The translations under genes and the position numbers were made by a program. A DNA stretch of 64,000 nt, taken from positions 130,670 through 194,669 of the forward strand of contig NW_003314398.1 in NCBI RefSeq assembly GCF_000143415.4. The letters are read 5' to 3'. This stretch comes from Selaginella moellendorffii. Taxonomy: Eukaryota; Plantae; Lycopodiophyta. Below are positions 23,218 to 36,359 of the stretch, one piece after another. The notes beneath the pieces are model-generated. The model saw only the letters and a program-made list of their open reading frames with translations. It searched no databases and had not been told where the DNA came from. Numbering within the stretch: position 1 is the stretch's first letter; the number at the start of each line of letters is the position of its first letter.

Positions 23218-23287
23218 TAGTGAATATAAAAAATAATCGAAATAAAATAAATTTAAAATAATGACTGAAAATATTTTTATTTAAATA

Positions 23288-26200
23288 TATAAATGTATAG
23301 AATATGGTAGGAAATACAGAAATGTGCATATCAATTAGCCCAAAAACCCTAGCTTATACACAGGATGGAGTGGTCCAGATTAAAACTAATCCAACAGTTA
23401 CCAAAATCCCATTATGCTAATATTAATATACCACATCATAGCTATACATTTAGACCTCACATCATCCCCTCCTCTTGGAATGATAGAAGATAATAAAGAT
23501 TCATTTGTGGATGAGCTGGGATTTGGAGGAGCATTAGAAGATGGCATCAGTGGATTTGTAGTGGTGTCAATTGTTCTTCATTCTTTTGTATAAAGCGTTT
23601 CAACTATTGCACATGCATAATTTCCAAAGGATTGGCTTATTGGACATTATGCCAAACCTCATAAAGTTGTGATTCAACCTGTCATAACAACCAATACTAA
23701 GCAAGGAACCCCTTAGACAAACCACATACCGTAAGATTGGGAAAATAAATTAACACTAAGTCATCCAGTTTGTACTCCACAGGTGGATAATGATGGGAGT
23801 TGTAGCGCTGTTGTTGTCCCGCATGTTTAGCAAACTTTGTTTAGATAAGTGGAAAAATGTTCATCAAATACTAATCCTAAGACTTAACATCGGTAGTTTG
23901 TAGCAATCGCAAATGCAAACTCAATTTTGTTGGTAATATTGGATCATGACCATATAGGAGTTTATATAGTGAAGCACTAACAAAACTTTGCACCGTTTAT
24001 ATAGTGAAGCACCAACAAAACTTTGCACCCTATGACATATGCATACTGAAAAGATGGCATATAACCATCCCAATTTAAATGTTGAAAGTTCATATACTTC
24101 TCAATCATCCCTTTGAAGGTCCGAACAAGTCATTCCAACAAACCATTTGACTGTGGATGATAAACACTTATGAAAGTGTTGCATATCCCCACCTAAAATG
24201 TTAAAATACGAAATGTCTCAGCCATAATTGTAGGATTACTATTTGAAAGAATTAGCTTTAGACAAGATTGTTGAAACACCATTGAATTGAGGAGGAAGTA
24301 TCTAATAATAATTGTAGACACACTAGCAAGATCACCAATTTCCACCTAGTGAGTCAAGTAATCAAAAGCAATAATGACATATTCATTATTAATAGTCAAC
24401 CGTTTATCAAATCAAATGCTATTAACTCAAATAGATGGGAAAATGCAATTAACTCCAACCATTCTTTCGCAACACGAAGGGGAATATTATGAACTTGGCA
24501 CCAAACACAACTATGCATATACTAAATAATATCATGTTATATCTCAAACTAATAAAAAGAATTGCATAGCTTTTCAGTTACATAACGATGTCTTATATAC
24601 TCATATAGAATAGAACAATCATAGTAGGCATGGAAAAAATGTGAAATAAAGATTGATGGCACCACCAACCATAAATGATCATTAAAATTCATCTCCACAA
24701 AATAAAGAAGATCATCGTCAAGATGATATCAAAAATATAAATGCCAAAATGGCAAGTCATCATCAACTGATGTAGAATTCTCAAATCCGTTATGAAGTCT
24801 TTGGATCCACAGCCCAACCTTTTGATCCTCATAAACCTTGTCAAAAGAAGATAAATCTTGCTTTACACCTTGTGGACATTAAATATCAAGTACAACAACT
24901 ACTAACAGCACGAAATCCTTGTTACAAAATCCATAAATGCTAAAATAATAAGCTTGTCAGAAACATGAGAAGAGAGCGAAGAAAGAAAAGAATTTCAAAA
25001 AAGGGCATCAATATTAACCATAGAACTCTTTATGCAATGAACAATATCAAAATTATATATCTGAAGTTTCAAAGCCTACCGAATAGTACGACCAACTAAA
25101 TTCTTCAACTTTAATAATGAAGTAAGTGTAGAATAATCACCTTCTTGTAATGTTTGAGAACTATGTAGATATGCATGAAGTTCTTGAAACTTCAAACTAT
25201 TACTAAACACTCATTTTCTATTGTGGAGTAGTTCACCTTTGCTAATTGTAATATATAGATGATATATACAATAAGATGGTGCTGACCAAGGACACTTGGG
25301 CTCTTTTGCATCAATATACCTCTAAGATCGATATCAGAAGCATCCATGTGCAAAATGAAAAGTCAAGTGTAGTCAAGATATGGCAAAATTAGAGGAGTTG
25401 TCAATATCTCTTTAAGATCTATAAATACCTGCTCACAATCTGCAAGTGAAATGAAAGATGATGTTGATAACTTCAGCAATACTCGCAATGGTGTACTGCA
25501 ATCAGAAAGATGATCAACAAGACACTCAAAATATTGCACCTTACCTAGGAAGTGTTGCACATCATTCACACACTTTGAGTGGGGAATTTCAGAGTAGCCA
25601 CAAGTTTGTCTGGATCAACTTGTAAACCCTCATAAGAAATATGGTACCCAAGATAAATCATGTCTTAAACATGCATTTTGACTATTTCAATTTTAAACCA
25701 ACTTCTCATAGGTGATCCAACACTTTATGAATATCACAAACATGTTCCTCTCACATCCCCTTCGAGTGGATCAAAATATCATTGATGAAGTCTAAAACTT
25801 ACTAAATATGAAATAATGCTAGATTGCAAATTTGGGTATGGGACAAACACTTTTGTGTTTAATACAATCTCTACATTCTGTAGATATGCCAAATTAGCAA
25901 ATCTAGATACTTTCCATAAAACCAAATAGAACCAACATGTAAGCTATCATCTACCCATATTAAGGGACTAGTCTCAATACACAGGGGTTCTTGTCAAGCT
26001 AGTGCAAGATAGAACAAAAAAGAACTAAGAGCCAGACCGAATATGCTCAGTAAGAAACACATAAGAGTTTTTACATTATGTTCATTTGACTAAATATAAA
26101 TGTTAAGCCTAGTTTGTTAACACTTGATCAAGAGGGGCTAAAAAAAATTCAGCAATACCAACCTCCTATCGTCGTGGCAATAAAGAAAGAATATTTAAAA

Positions 26201-27100
26201 GGATTTGCTGACAAATAACTTTTAATACCTGTAATCACATTCATGATAAGAAGTGTCAAAGTGTTTGGCATAATTATGCTACAATCAATCCATACTAAGG
26301 ATGAGGTTAAAAGTTTAATTTAGCATTACTTGCAATGATTGTAACTCAAACTCAAAATTGCCCATATGCGCAACCAAGTTTGCTTTATCCCGTGCATATA
26401 TATACGGTCATTGCTATAAAGAATGGAAACTGGCTCTACTGTATAATATAAATGTAAACAGCAACATGTGGCAATAAGTTAAACAATAGAAGATAAACTT
26501 AAGCTTGTATCAACCAATACGGAGAGAAGAATAAAAGACTTCTTATTATAAAAATGAGTTTGGAAAGTAAACATTGGATGAACTAATACTGAGTGAACCA
26601 CTTGATAATACTCTTAAAAGAAAGATGAAAGGGTTACTAACTTATTTGCACAAGGTCCCTCCATTTTTTGTATGACCCCTTGTTTCCCAAAAGTATTTCA
26701 GTGTTTAGACTTTTCACTGCAATAGCACTAACAGGACACTATTGACGCTAAAGTCTCCACCTAGGAAATAGAGGTTACTAATATGGAAAACACTGACAAC
26801 ATTGATAAATGTGACCAACCTCATCACACATCTAGTAACGGACATCACGGCCATAACCACATCCTCACTCGTGTTTTTGAACTCGGGCAGTAGTAGCATC
26901 AACCTCCATTGGACCAAAATTATCTCCCACAAAAAGTGGAGCTAAAAGATGTGCAATGAGAAGTGGAAAATACAATGTATTATAATGTTGTGCTAAACGA
27001 AGAGCATTATTAAGGGTTATTAGAGCAAGTGCATGTATAAGTCTTATAAGATCTTGACAAAGTCACAACATTCTCAACTTGATCCTTTTTGACATATTTT
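23288..27100 (-). mobile_element. Degenerate, 5'-truncated third copy of the same gypsy family
   Basis: 3' LTR at about 23288-23461 plus PPT, then INT/RH/RT remnants to about 25790, an unrelated insert at about 25791-26255, and PR/gag remnants to about 27100. No 5' LTR is seen. Confidence 0.88.
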
Positions 27101-27693
27101 GTTTTTTATAGATTTAATTTAATTTCTAAGTTTAAAAATAATATAAACACTACCAATTTATTATGTATAAAAACACCAGTGCAGTTATTAGTTTTGGTAA
27201 CTAAAACTATTGTAAACAAGATAAAATTTATTAATTGTCTTGTAAAAATCCTGAATACTATTTACTTTATATGTACACTTTGAATTTTTCCCTTCTTAAT
27301 TAAAATTTTGGCATAATTACTTAAATAAACAGAAAATATTGTCAAATTGTTTAGATATGTGAAATAATGTATGGACAAATTGTTTACATGTGAAATAATA
27401 TATCCTCACCTGTAAATTAGGACATATGGATGAAACTTTTGAGAATTTCAAATATACTGCATTTGTGTGCACTATCAGTCAATTATCATTAACAGAATTT
27501 TCATATCTTTATGGTCTGGATCCTAACTTTGCATCTTTATGGTGTGGTTTCCAAAAAGTGTTTCTCAAGCTTCACCTCCCAGCAGGAAATTATACGCTGC
27601 CATCCAAGAGGTTAGGCTTTTTACAAAGCTTTTGAATTTCCCGTGCTAAGAGGTTTAGGGTTTATAGGTACTTAAAGCATCTTCAAGTATATA

Positions 27694-29653
27694 CTAAACT
27701 TTTCCCGCGCTAGCTGAGTCATCGTCTTCCTCCTCGCGCAGGCTCTTGTAGCGATACCAGTGCGCCAGCGGCAAATAGATGAGGATGTCGATCGCGCTGA
27801 GAACCGCTAGCAGCCAGAAGAAGTAATCCATGTGCCCCTGGTTGAGATTGTCTGCGATCCATCCGGGGTTGCCATTCCTCTGCGATATGCGCATCACGAT
27901 CGTCACCAGCAGGCTGCTGAGGTAGCTCCCCAGCGCGTTGGTCGTGAGCGACAGGGCGGCGGCCAGGCTCTGCATCCCGTCCGGCGACTGCTGGTAGAAG
28001 AACTCGATCTGGCCGATGAAAGTGAACACCTCCGAGGCGCCGATGAGGAAGTACTGCGGGACTTGCCAGAAGATGCTCATCTGCCTCCTCGCCAGCACCG
28101 GATCGTCGCTCACGGCGTCGGGATCCATCAGCCCCCTGCTCCGAGCGATCTCCAGGCGCTTTATCTCCACCAGCGCAGCGATGATCATCGAGAAGGTGGA
28201 GATGATCAGACCGATTCCCATCCTCTGGAGCTGCGTGAACCCCTGTGGATGCTTGGTGTAGCGGCGGACGAGCGGCACCAGGAGGCGGTCGTAGAGAGGG
28301 ACCCAAAGGATGACGCTCAAGGTGTCGAAGATGGAGAGCGAGGCCGGCGGGATCTTGAAGTTGCTCGAGCCGACGTAAGTGTTCATCACCCCGCCTTGCT
28401 CCACGAACAATGTTGACATCTGGGAGTAGACGGTTGCGAAGACGATGCTGGTAGCCCAGATTGGCAGCAGCCGGGCGAGCATCTTCACCTCCTCGACTCG
28501 AGTGACAGTGCTAAGAAGCCATGGTGACGGTGATACTTCGGCGCTCGCCCTGTCTTTCACAGCAGCTTTGTCCAGAAACCTTTGAGAAAAGTCAGTGTGA
28601 AAAAATAATAAATCGGAATACATGATAGTTCTTACCGAAAGTTGGGAGAGTGTGCTAGCTTCCTCGTCTCCGAGTCGTTGTCCTCGTGAAGCAAGGATTT
28701 GTCTTCAGGAACTTGGACTCTCCACTTCCGCCCGGCGGCAAGAAGCACTTGGGCGACTCGTGTGAGCGGACTCATCCCTGGAGGCTGGTGCCTGTACAGC
28801 CTGGTTCCCGAGAAAAAGGAGCATATCGCTATCGCCATGGCCACCGTCGGGATGCCAAAGCCCCATGCCCAGCTCACTTGGTCTTGGATGTAAACCAGAA
28901 TGCTGCTCGACACGAGAGCGCCGATGTTGATGGAGAAGTAAAACCAGTTGAAAAACGATGTCATCTGTTTCTTCTCCGCCGGATTCTTGTCGTCAAACTG
29001 GTCCGCTCCAAACGACGAGACGCACGGCTTGATTCCACCCGTCCCGAGCGCTATGAGATATAGTGAGCTGTAGAAGACTGCGAGCTGGCCCAGAGTTGCC
29101 GATGAGCATGACTGTTCGTGACAAGTTGGTCGCAGAGACGGTAGTGACGCTGAAAGAGTGAGAAGTAGCATTCCCTTCCACAATCCGAAAGTCACTTCAT
29201 AAGCTAGCTTGATAGCAATCTTACCAGGAAGTATAAGAAAGAGAAAGCAGCGATCGTCCAGTATCTTCCAATGTAAGAGTCCGCGATAAAGGCGCCAATG
29301 AGCGGCGTGATGTAGCAAGTTCCCGACCAGTTGTTGACATTGGTAGCAGCGGTTGCATTGTTCTGGTTGAGCTTCTTGGTCATGTACACCACCAGGTTAG
29401 TGCTGATGCCATAGTATGCCAGCCTCTCACAGCATTCATTGCCTGAAGAAACGTTAACACACAAACTTGAATCGCGAAGAGAGCTCACCAAGTATGAATG
29501 GACAAGCTTTCCAGCCGCCAGTCTTCCTTTTCTCCACACCCTTAAGGGATGAAAGGGAATCCTTTCTCTACAACACAAGATTTAGAAGCATTAGCCAGCG
29601 AAAGCAACGAGTACCTGGAGCGCCGGCGCCTCCGCGCTCTCGGGAGCTTCCAT
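27694..29653 (-). CDS. NPF (NRT1/PTR) transporter, NPF8/PTR-like, copy A
   Basis: [23 protein letters not shown] (ExxER), [38 protein letters not shown] and WQVPQY across several short-intron exons. Confidence 0.93.
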
Positions 29654-29939
29654 GAGAACAATAACACACTTTTTAGCAAAGCCTAGAAATCTTATTTTAA
29701 TGGTTCTAAAACCAATTTCGGTGCACCTGCAAATAACTTTGAAAACCACGTAGCATAATTGCATCAAACACAAAACAAAAAAAAGTTTGCCAGTCGAACA
29801 TTCGCGTCGCGTGATTGAACGAACTTGTTAACATTCGTTTTCTTTGACAGCAAAGCGGGGAAAATGCCGCAAAGCGATTTAGACATAAAGTATCCTAGCC
29901 GTATCCGCGATCACTGCTCACAAAACAGACTGTTAGTAT

Positions 29940-31621
29940 TTATATGAACCGAGAAAGCTCACCGCACTTTGTTTGCTCCCCATTTACTTGTTCAAGAGCT
30001 TTCGTTCGTACGTTGTGTGGAATAACAGACAAGCTGCTCAACCGTGCGCCCCCTTCTGTGCACCACGACTTCTGTCTCCTGAACTTTCGCAAGGGGTTCA
30101 CAGTCCAAAACCAACTCAGTCTCATGGTAAGGAAGGAGAGAATTGAGCGGCAGAAAGCGAAGCAGTCGTCTTCGGTATCAGGTGATTTTTTCTCGATAAA
30201 ATCATCCTCTACCATGAGTTTGCTGATAGACTTCCCTTCGCGAGGTAGGAACTTGGTCTGGAAAAACACACATTATACACACAGAACGGATACGCTCCAG
30301 ATAGTTCTCTTACCTCTACGGTTGACAGATCGACCCCTCTAGTGCTTAACTCATTGAGCAAACTGTTGAATTCTTCTTGCGTAGGAAGGTAGTGGCCGCT
30401 GTAACCCTCGATAGACTGATATAAACAGATGGTCATAGATAGATTTATGCATAGCAGAGCTTGAGTACCTTTAAAACTCCATCTGTGGCTCTCAGACGTC
30501 CGGCTGCTTTTACTGCTCCTCCGGCTAAAAAGCTCGAGTGCTGGAATTTTCCTCTTACCTTCTGTAAAGAAGAAAGACAAAAGTGCGACTTACAAGAGCT
30601 TGCTTAAGAAAACCTCTTACCCGTCCAACGTAAAGCTTCCCATTCGTATCCATTACGAAAATCCACTTGTCGCGCCCTTCGTCCGTATCAAGAGGTTTCC
30701 CACAGCTGGTGTATATCAATCTCCCGTCTTGAATCGTCACCTCGTACTCTTTCCTTTTTTTCTGTTGGTTTCATCAGTCTCAAGCGCCAAAGAATTGGAA
30801 AATTGCCACCATACATACTGGACTCAAGTAGCAAATTTGTTCTTTCATGAGAACTGTTCTAGGACACTCCTCAAGGTCCAGGTATCTCCCTTCCCCGGCA
30901 TCTAGCCTGTACCGAAGCAACTTAGCATAAAAGCTTTGTCAACTACAAAAACAAACGGAGCACCAGGTAAAAAAACGCTCCTTCGTCCCACTTCTTTCCC
31001 AGGCGTTGAAGTAGAAACGCAGATTGTGTCCGTAACGGTGCTTCACATCAATCTGCGTAGAAACATCAGAAACTGACGATGGCGAGTGTGATCAATCCAC
31101 AGCTGACTTACAGCTTCCAGCCAGTGTTGAAACGCAAGCTTCTTGGCCTTCTCGTCCTGGAAAAGTCCTCTTCCCACCTGCAGATCGCCCAGCTCTCTTG
31201 AAAAAATCGAAAACACTCGATGTTTGGATCGACCTTGGCGGCCTCTCTTCCAGCACGGATCCACCGGTGAGGAGGATCATCTTGCGCTGTCTTCTTCGAT
31301 AGGACGACGCCATTCACAACGTTCCACCTAATTGATAAGATGTGAGAAAAGAGAGAATGGAAAAAAAAAGAAAGAGCTATACCATCCATAGTCTTTGGCT
31401 AGGCACGCGCAGTCCGCGAGCTGGCGCCTCGTTCTGTAGCCACGATACATCTTTTGCATCGCGGTGGCGGCATCGTCCTGAGGTTTCTCTGCCAAGACAG
31501 AGAGCACAAGCTAAAACTCGAAATTTCTCTTGCGGATGATCAATCGGTTAAGAAACACCGCACCGCAGCTCACAGCGGCGCTCTTTCGAACCGGAGCGCC
31601 TTCTAGCGCCGAGCAATCCAT
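29940..31621 (-). CDS. IQM: IQ-motif calmodulin-binding protein, IQM family
   Basis: IQ-like [22 protein letters not shown], then [39 protein letters not shown] and SGHYLPT. The exact 3' end is less certain. Confidence 0.85.
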
Positions 31622-31990
31622 CCTAAAATTCGTCGATCTGCAAGGAAAATGCCGCTAAGCTTAGCGCAAGGGAGTCAAAGCAGCAAAGCAAGACCGATCG
31701 ATGCTTCTCCACACCTGCGCGCGTGGCAGCGATCCAATCTCTCGAGCTTCCGCTCGCCCAAGCTCGCGCAACCCTAAACGAGACGCGCGCTCTCTCCTTT
31801 TTCCCCTTGGCCCTTCCGGACATCGCCGTACGACTAGATCTATCGCCTTTGCCAGGAAATTGCCTCGAAGCTCGTCCTCCTTCGTTCTCGTTTAAAGTAT
31901 GAGTATTTTTTGTTGGCTCGTGCAAGACTTTGACCGGATCCCCTCGTTGACTAAAGCTTGACTTTCACTTTACACAGTCAAGCTTTTCTT

Positions 31991-32047
31991 TTACTTAGTC
32001 GCCAATCTTCTGTTACTTAGTCGCCAATCTTCTCTTACTTAGTCGCC
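31991..32047. repeat. 22-nt tandem repeat (about 2.6 copies) spanning the NPF copy B stop codon
   Basis: TTACTTAGTCGCCAATCTTCT(G/C) twice, then TTACTTAGTCGCC. Confidence 0.85.
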
Positions 32048-34094
32048 TTATACTTGAAGCGATACGCGAATGGAAGATAGAAGAGAACGTTGACGACGCT
32101 GAGCGCTGCCAAGAGCCAAAAGAAGTAGTCAATGTGGCCATGATTGAGGTTGTCGGCGATCCATCCGGGCTTCCCATCCCTCCGGGTGATCTTGGTGACG
32201 ATGGTCACCAGCAAGCTCGAGAGGTAGTTCCCCAGCGCCACCGTCGCCAGCGACAGCGCCGAGCCCAAGCTCCGCATGGCGTCGGGCGACTGCTCGTAGA
32301 AGAACTCGAGCTGCCCGATGAAGGTGAACACCTCCGACGCCCCGATGATGAAGTACTGGGGGATTTGCCAGAAGATGCTGAGCTGCGCGTTGAGGAGCTT
32401 CGGGAAGTTCTTGTCGTCGGCATCCACCAGGCCTTTCTCCCTCGCGACTCGCAGACGCTGGATCTCCAGGACCGCCGCCACCACCATGGAGAGCGTGGAG
32501 ATGACGAGACCGATTCCCATTCTCTGGAGCTGCGTGAATCCCTGTGCGTGGCCGGTGTACCTGCGGACGAAGGGGACGAGCAGCCGGTCGTAGATCGGGA
32601 CCCAGATCAACACGCTGAGCGTGTCAAACATGGAGAGCGATGCCGACGGGACCTTGAAGGTGCCGAGGATGTAGTCCATCTTGAGGCCTTGCACCACGAA
32701 CAGCGTCGACATCTGAGCGTAGACTGTGGAGAAGACGATGGCGCTGGCCCAGATAGGAACGATTCGTAGCAGGATCTTCACTTCCTCGACTTGAGTGACC
32801 GTGCAAAGGTTCCACGTTGTCGTCGGTCTCGACCTGTCCTCGACCGCTGCCTTGTCCAGGAAACTTTCAAAACCAAAAGTCACAAGAACTTAGAACGAAG
32901 CGAAGCCCGAAAAAATATGTAAGGAGCACTTCTTCACCTGTATTCTGCCGTGTGCTGAATTTTCCGGCTCCCTTCGATGGCGGACGCCTTCTCGTCGACC
33001 TCGTAGAGCATGGTCTCGTCGGCTGGAAGACGTAGCCTCCAGTTCCGGATGGCTGCGACGATAACTTGAGCGATCCGAGTGAGTGGACTGCCTCCTGGTT
33101 TCTGGTGCCTGTACTTCTTGGACCCGGTGAAGAAGCTCACAATGGCTATTCCCATTGCTGCTGCCGGTATGCCAAATCCCCAGGCCCAGTTGACGCTTTG
33201 CTGGATGTAAACGAGAAAGGTGCTGGCGATCATGGCACCGACGTTGATCGAGAAGTAGAACCAGTTGAAGAAGACAGTCTTATACTTCTTCTCCGAGGGG
33301 TCTTCGTCGTCAAACTGGTCTGCTCCAAAGGATGAAACGCAAGGCTTGATTCCACCAGTGCCCAGCGCTACCAGATAGAGAGCCAGATAGAATGATCCGA
33401 TCTGACCAGGCGAGGCCCCAGGACAAACGTCCCCCACACAAGATGGTGGTTTTAACGATGGAACTGACGCTGATAACGTGAGCAGAACCATTCCCTGTAA
33501 GAAAAACAAACTTTTAGCTGCGAAGCTATGAAAGTCGAGAAAGAAGAACTTACCACAAAGTATACAGAAGAGAAGGCAGCGATCGTCCAGTAGCGACCGA
33601 GGTAGGCATCGGCCAAGAAAGCTCCTATGAGAGGTGTGATGTAAGCAGTTCCAGACCAGTTCGTCACATTGGTCGATGCAGTCGCGTTGTGCTGATGGAG
33701 TTTGTCGGTCAGAAACACCACCAAGTTCATGGAAATTCCATAGTAGGCAAGCCTCTCACAGCATTCGTTTCCTGTTCAAGGCAAGATCAAGCAAGATATC
33801 ATAAAGTTTCGTTTTTTTGTTGCTCACCCAAGATATAAGGACACGCTTTCCAGCCGCCGGTAGTTCTCCTATCAGCAGGATTGTGCTTCCAATCCACAGT
33901 GCCGTCCTTTGTGATGAAGCTCTCTTTCTCCAGATCTTCGCCATTTTCAAGATCCTTACAAAATCGAAAGCACCAGTGTGTAAGTCTTCCATTCTCCCGA
34001 GTTTCTTCCAAGAGAAATTCCTCACCTTGGTTGATGTGGGCAGGAGCCCAGCAGTGCTAGCGTCGGCGACGGTGCTCTCCTCCATGGCTCCCAT
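32035..34094 (-). CDS. NPF (NRT1/PTR) transporter, NPF8/PTR-like, copy B
   Basis: Same PTR motifs ([53 protein letters not shown]). Confidence 0.93.
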
Positions 34095-34612
34095 CCCTTT
34101 CCACTCACACAGGAAGAATTTGGAACTTTCAAGGGAACTTTAGAACCAGAGTTCCCAGCCTCGATTCTGGTCTAAAGTTTCCTCGATCGCTCATCTGGCG
34201 AACCGGACGAGCCATTTGTCGCCGTATAGCGTGGAGATGCGTCTTTTAATCCTTTCCTGTGGCTCCAATAGTCCAAAAGTCCTCTCCCGGGACCAGACTC
34301 CGGAGTCTCGGTCACGACATTGGCGCCCTTCGATCGATCCAGAGTGGAATCGATACATTGGCGTACCTCACAGCCGGCTCGATCACGCAATGCGCACGGA
34401 ATCCAACCCCCTCTCCTAAAGCCCTAGACTCGCCCGTACAGCGCGTACGGGCAATGAGGTTTTGGTAAAGTGTTTCGAACCTTCGATGCCGGGGAAATAT
34501 CGCCATGTTGAGCGTAGTTGCTCCGCGCGATTGGGTCTTGCTGCCCTATTTTGGTTCCTCCAAGATTGACGCAGGGTTTGGTCGATCCGGGGCGCGATAA
34601 TCTCTCTCAGGT

Positions 34613-34717
34613 ATGGGGGCTTGCTCCTCTCGTCTTCTCGGCTGGGTAATCCCTACTGCTAGCTGCATTTGTCGAGAGAGCACGGAGGAAGATCTACTTC
34701 TTCTACTTCCACAGTGA
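34613..34717 (+). promoter_or_regulatory. Upstream ORF, 34 aa (MGACSSRLLGWVIPTASCICRESTEEDLLLLLPQ); probable conserved-peptide uORF
   Basis: ATG at 34613 to TGA at 34717, ending 152 nt before the main ATG. The WVIP.ASC.CRE.EED core resembles a CPuORF peptide from memory, not from a search. Confidence 0.6.
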
Positions 34718-34869
34718 GGATTCTAGAATCTAGATCTCTGGCGTAGTTCTTTGGGATCTGCGCAGTTGGAAATTTCCAGTCGCAATCCAAGATTTTTTAG
34801 ATTTTCGCCGCATTCGTCTCGGAGTCTTCACTTATCCACTTCTTTCCTTTGCAGCTATTAGCGTGATTT

Positions 34870-36273
34870 ATGGACGAGAGGCAAAGATTGGATATAGACA
34901 GCATCCAGTTGGATGATCCTAGCGACTGCTGCGACACGCCACCCGTCTCCCCCTCTGCCAAGGACCGGCGAAAGAAGAAGAAGAAGAAGAACAAGAGTTA
35001 CTACAGCAATCCGGCCAGCATCCAAGCGTTTGATGAAGGCCGGCAGCAGAAGCTCGCCGAGGAGAAATCCCGGCAGCTCCACAAACCATCTACATTTGCA
35101 AGCTCCGAGCCGTGCGCAATCCCGCTGCGAACTTCCAAAGCTTTTGAGTATGAGGATGCTCACGCTTTGGATAGCTCGCCATCGTCGCCATATCCGCTCT
35201 CGAGCTCGTGTCCGGTACGATGTAGCTCTTTCGTGTTCTCTTGTTTGTGTTCTTAACTATGATGCTCGCTTTTCCTTTTTCCAGTTGTTTTCGCTGCGAT
35301 CCGCATTGCGTGGAGGCCACGAAGGCCTGGGTTTGGGACCGAGGCCTAAGCTACACGTAAAGTGGGCCGTCGACGTTCGTGATCCGCCCAAGAGCAGCGT
35401 CTCCCACACACTCAATCGCCACAACAGCTCGAGAAAGAAACGATCCAAGTCCAAGACAAAAACCAAGTTCGTTTTTGTTTTGCTAGTTCTCTTCTCTCTT
35501 TTCTTTGCTGACAAAAGGTGCAATGCTTTGCAGGTCTGGAGGCTTAAAACCATTCAACAGTGGCTCAATGATGGAGGGCCAAGAAGTCGTCCCTTGCGCC
35601 CCTGATAGCCCTGTTTCAGAGGACGAAACGGTTGGCCTTACCGGCGGACTGTTTCCTCCCAGAAACCTTACTTTCACGCTTGAGGAGCTTCACTCAAACT
35701 CGGCATGGTCATCATCCAAAAGCTTCTTTGCCTCTATGGAGGTGGCCATGCAACACATGCTTCTGGCTTCTAGTTTCATCGAACAGGTACTCAGTTCTTT
35801 CGCGCTTCCACTCTTGTTACCAGCTTGCTACCGCAGGGAAATATTGCCGGTGCTTTGATCGAGTACAAGGCCGCAGCCAACGTCTTCAGGTAAATCGAAA
35901 GCTCTTATCACGCAAAAAAGTAGTGAATCTATCACACAGATTGGCCAAGCTCGACTCCGAGACTGAAGGCCGCAGCGAGTGTAGAACCGCGGCAGTCAGG
36001 GGCCAAGTTCTCGCCTGGATCGCCATGGCGACGCTCTACAGCGCGAGCGGTCAGAGCCTCAAGGGGCAAAAATGCCACAACTTGGCACTGGAGGCGTGCC
36101 AGGAGGTGGGAATGAGCTACAAGGATAGCATCCAGTGCGTTGAGAACTTCCCGGCCGCGCACCAATTCAAAGGAAATGGTGGAAGCAATCACTGCAGCCT
36201 CGCGGCGGCGCTATCGTCGGCCTCGAGCGCCTGTGAAGCGTCAAGAACAGAGAAGACGAGCGTTTGTATATAA
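34870..36273 (+). CDS. Uncharacterised plant protein (SALRGG...VKWAVDVRDPP..SVSHT motif) with a helical C-terminal extension
   Basis: The spliced exons contain the plant-conserved 'S.LKG...L.V.WA.DVYDPP..SH' block. Further in-frame exons run to TAA at 36273. Confidence 0.65.
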
Positions 36274-36359
36274 GTTTTTTCCTCTAACGTAAGATGTCCT
36301 TACACGCAAAGCTCCTTACTATTTTTCCAAGATATTTAGGGCTTGGAGCTCGCGAAGCT

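Noticed and set aside
27719-28416. Long overlapping ORFs on NPF exons (also 32134-32769, and 48997-49884 over the PPR)
   Set aside because: Frame and antisense shadows of GC-rich coding sequence.
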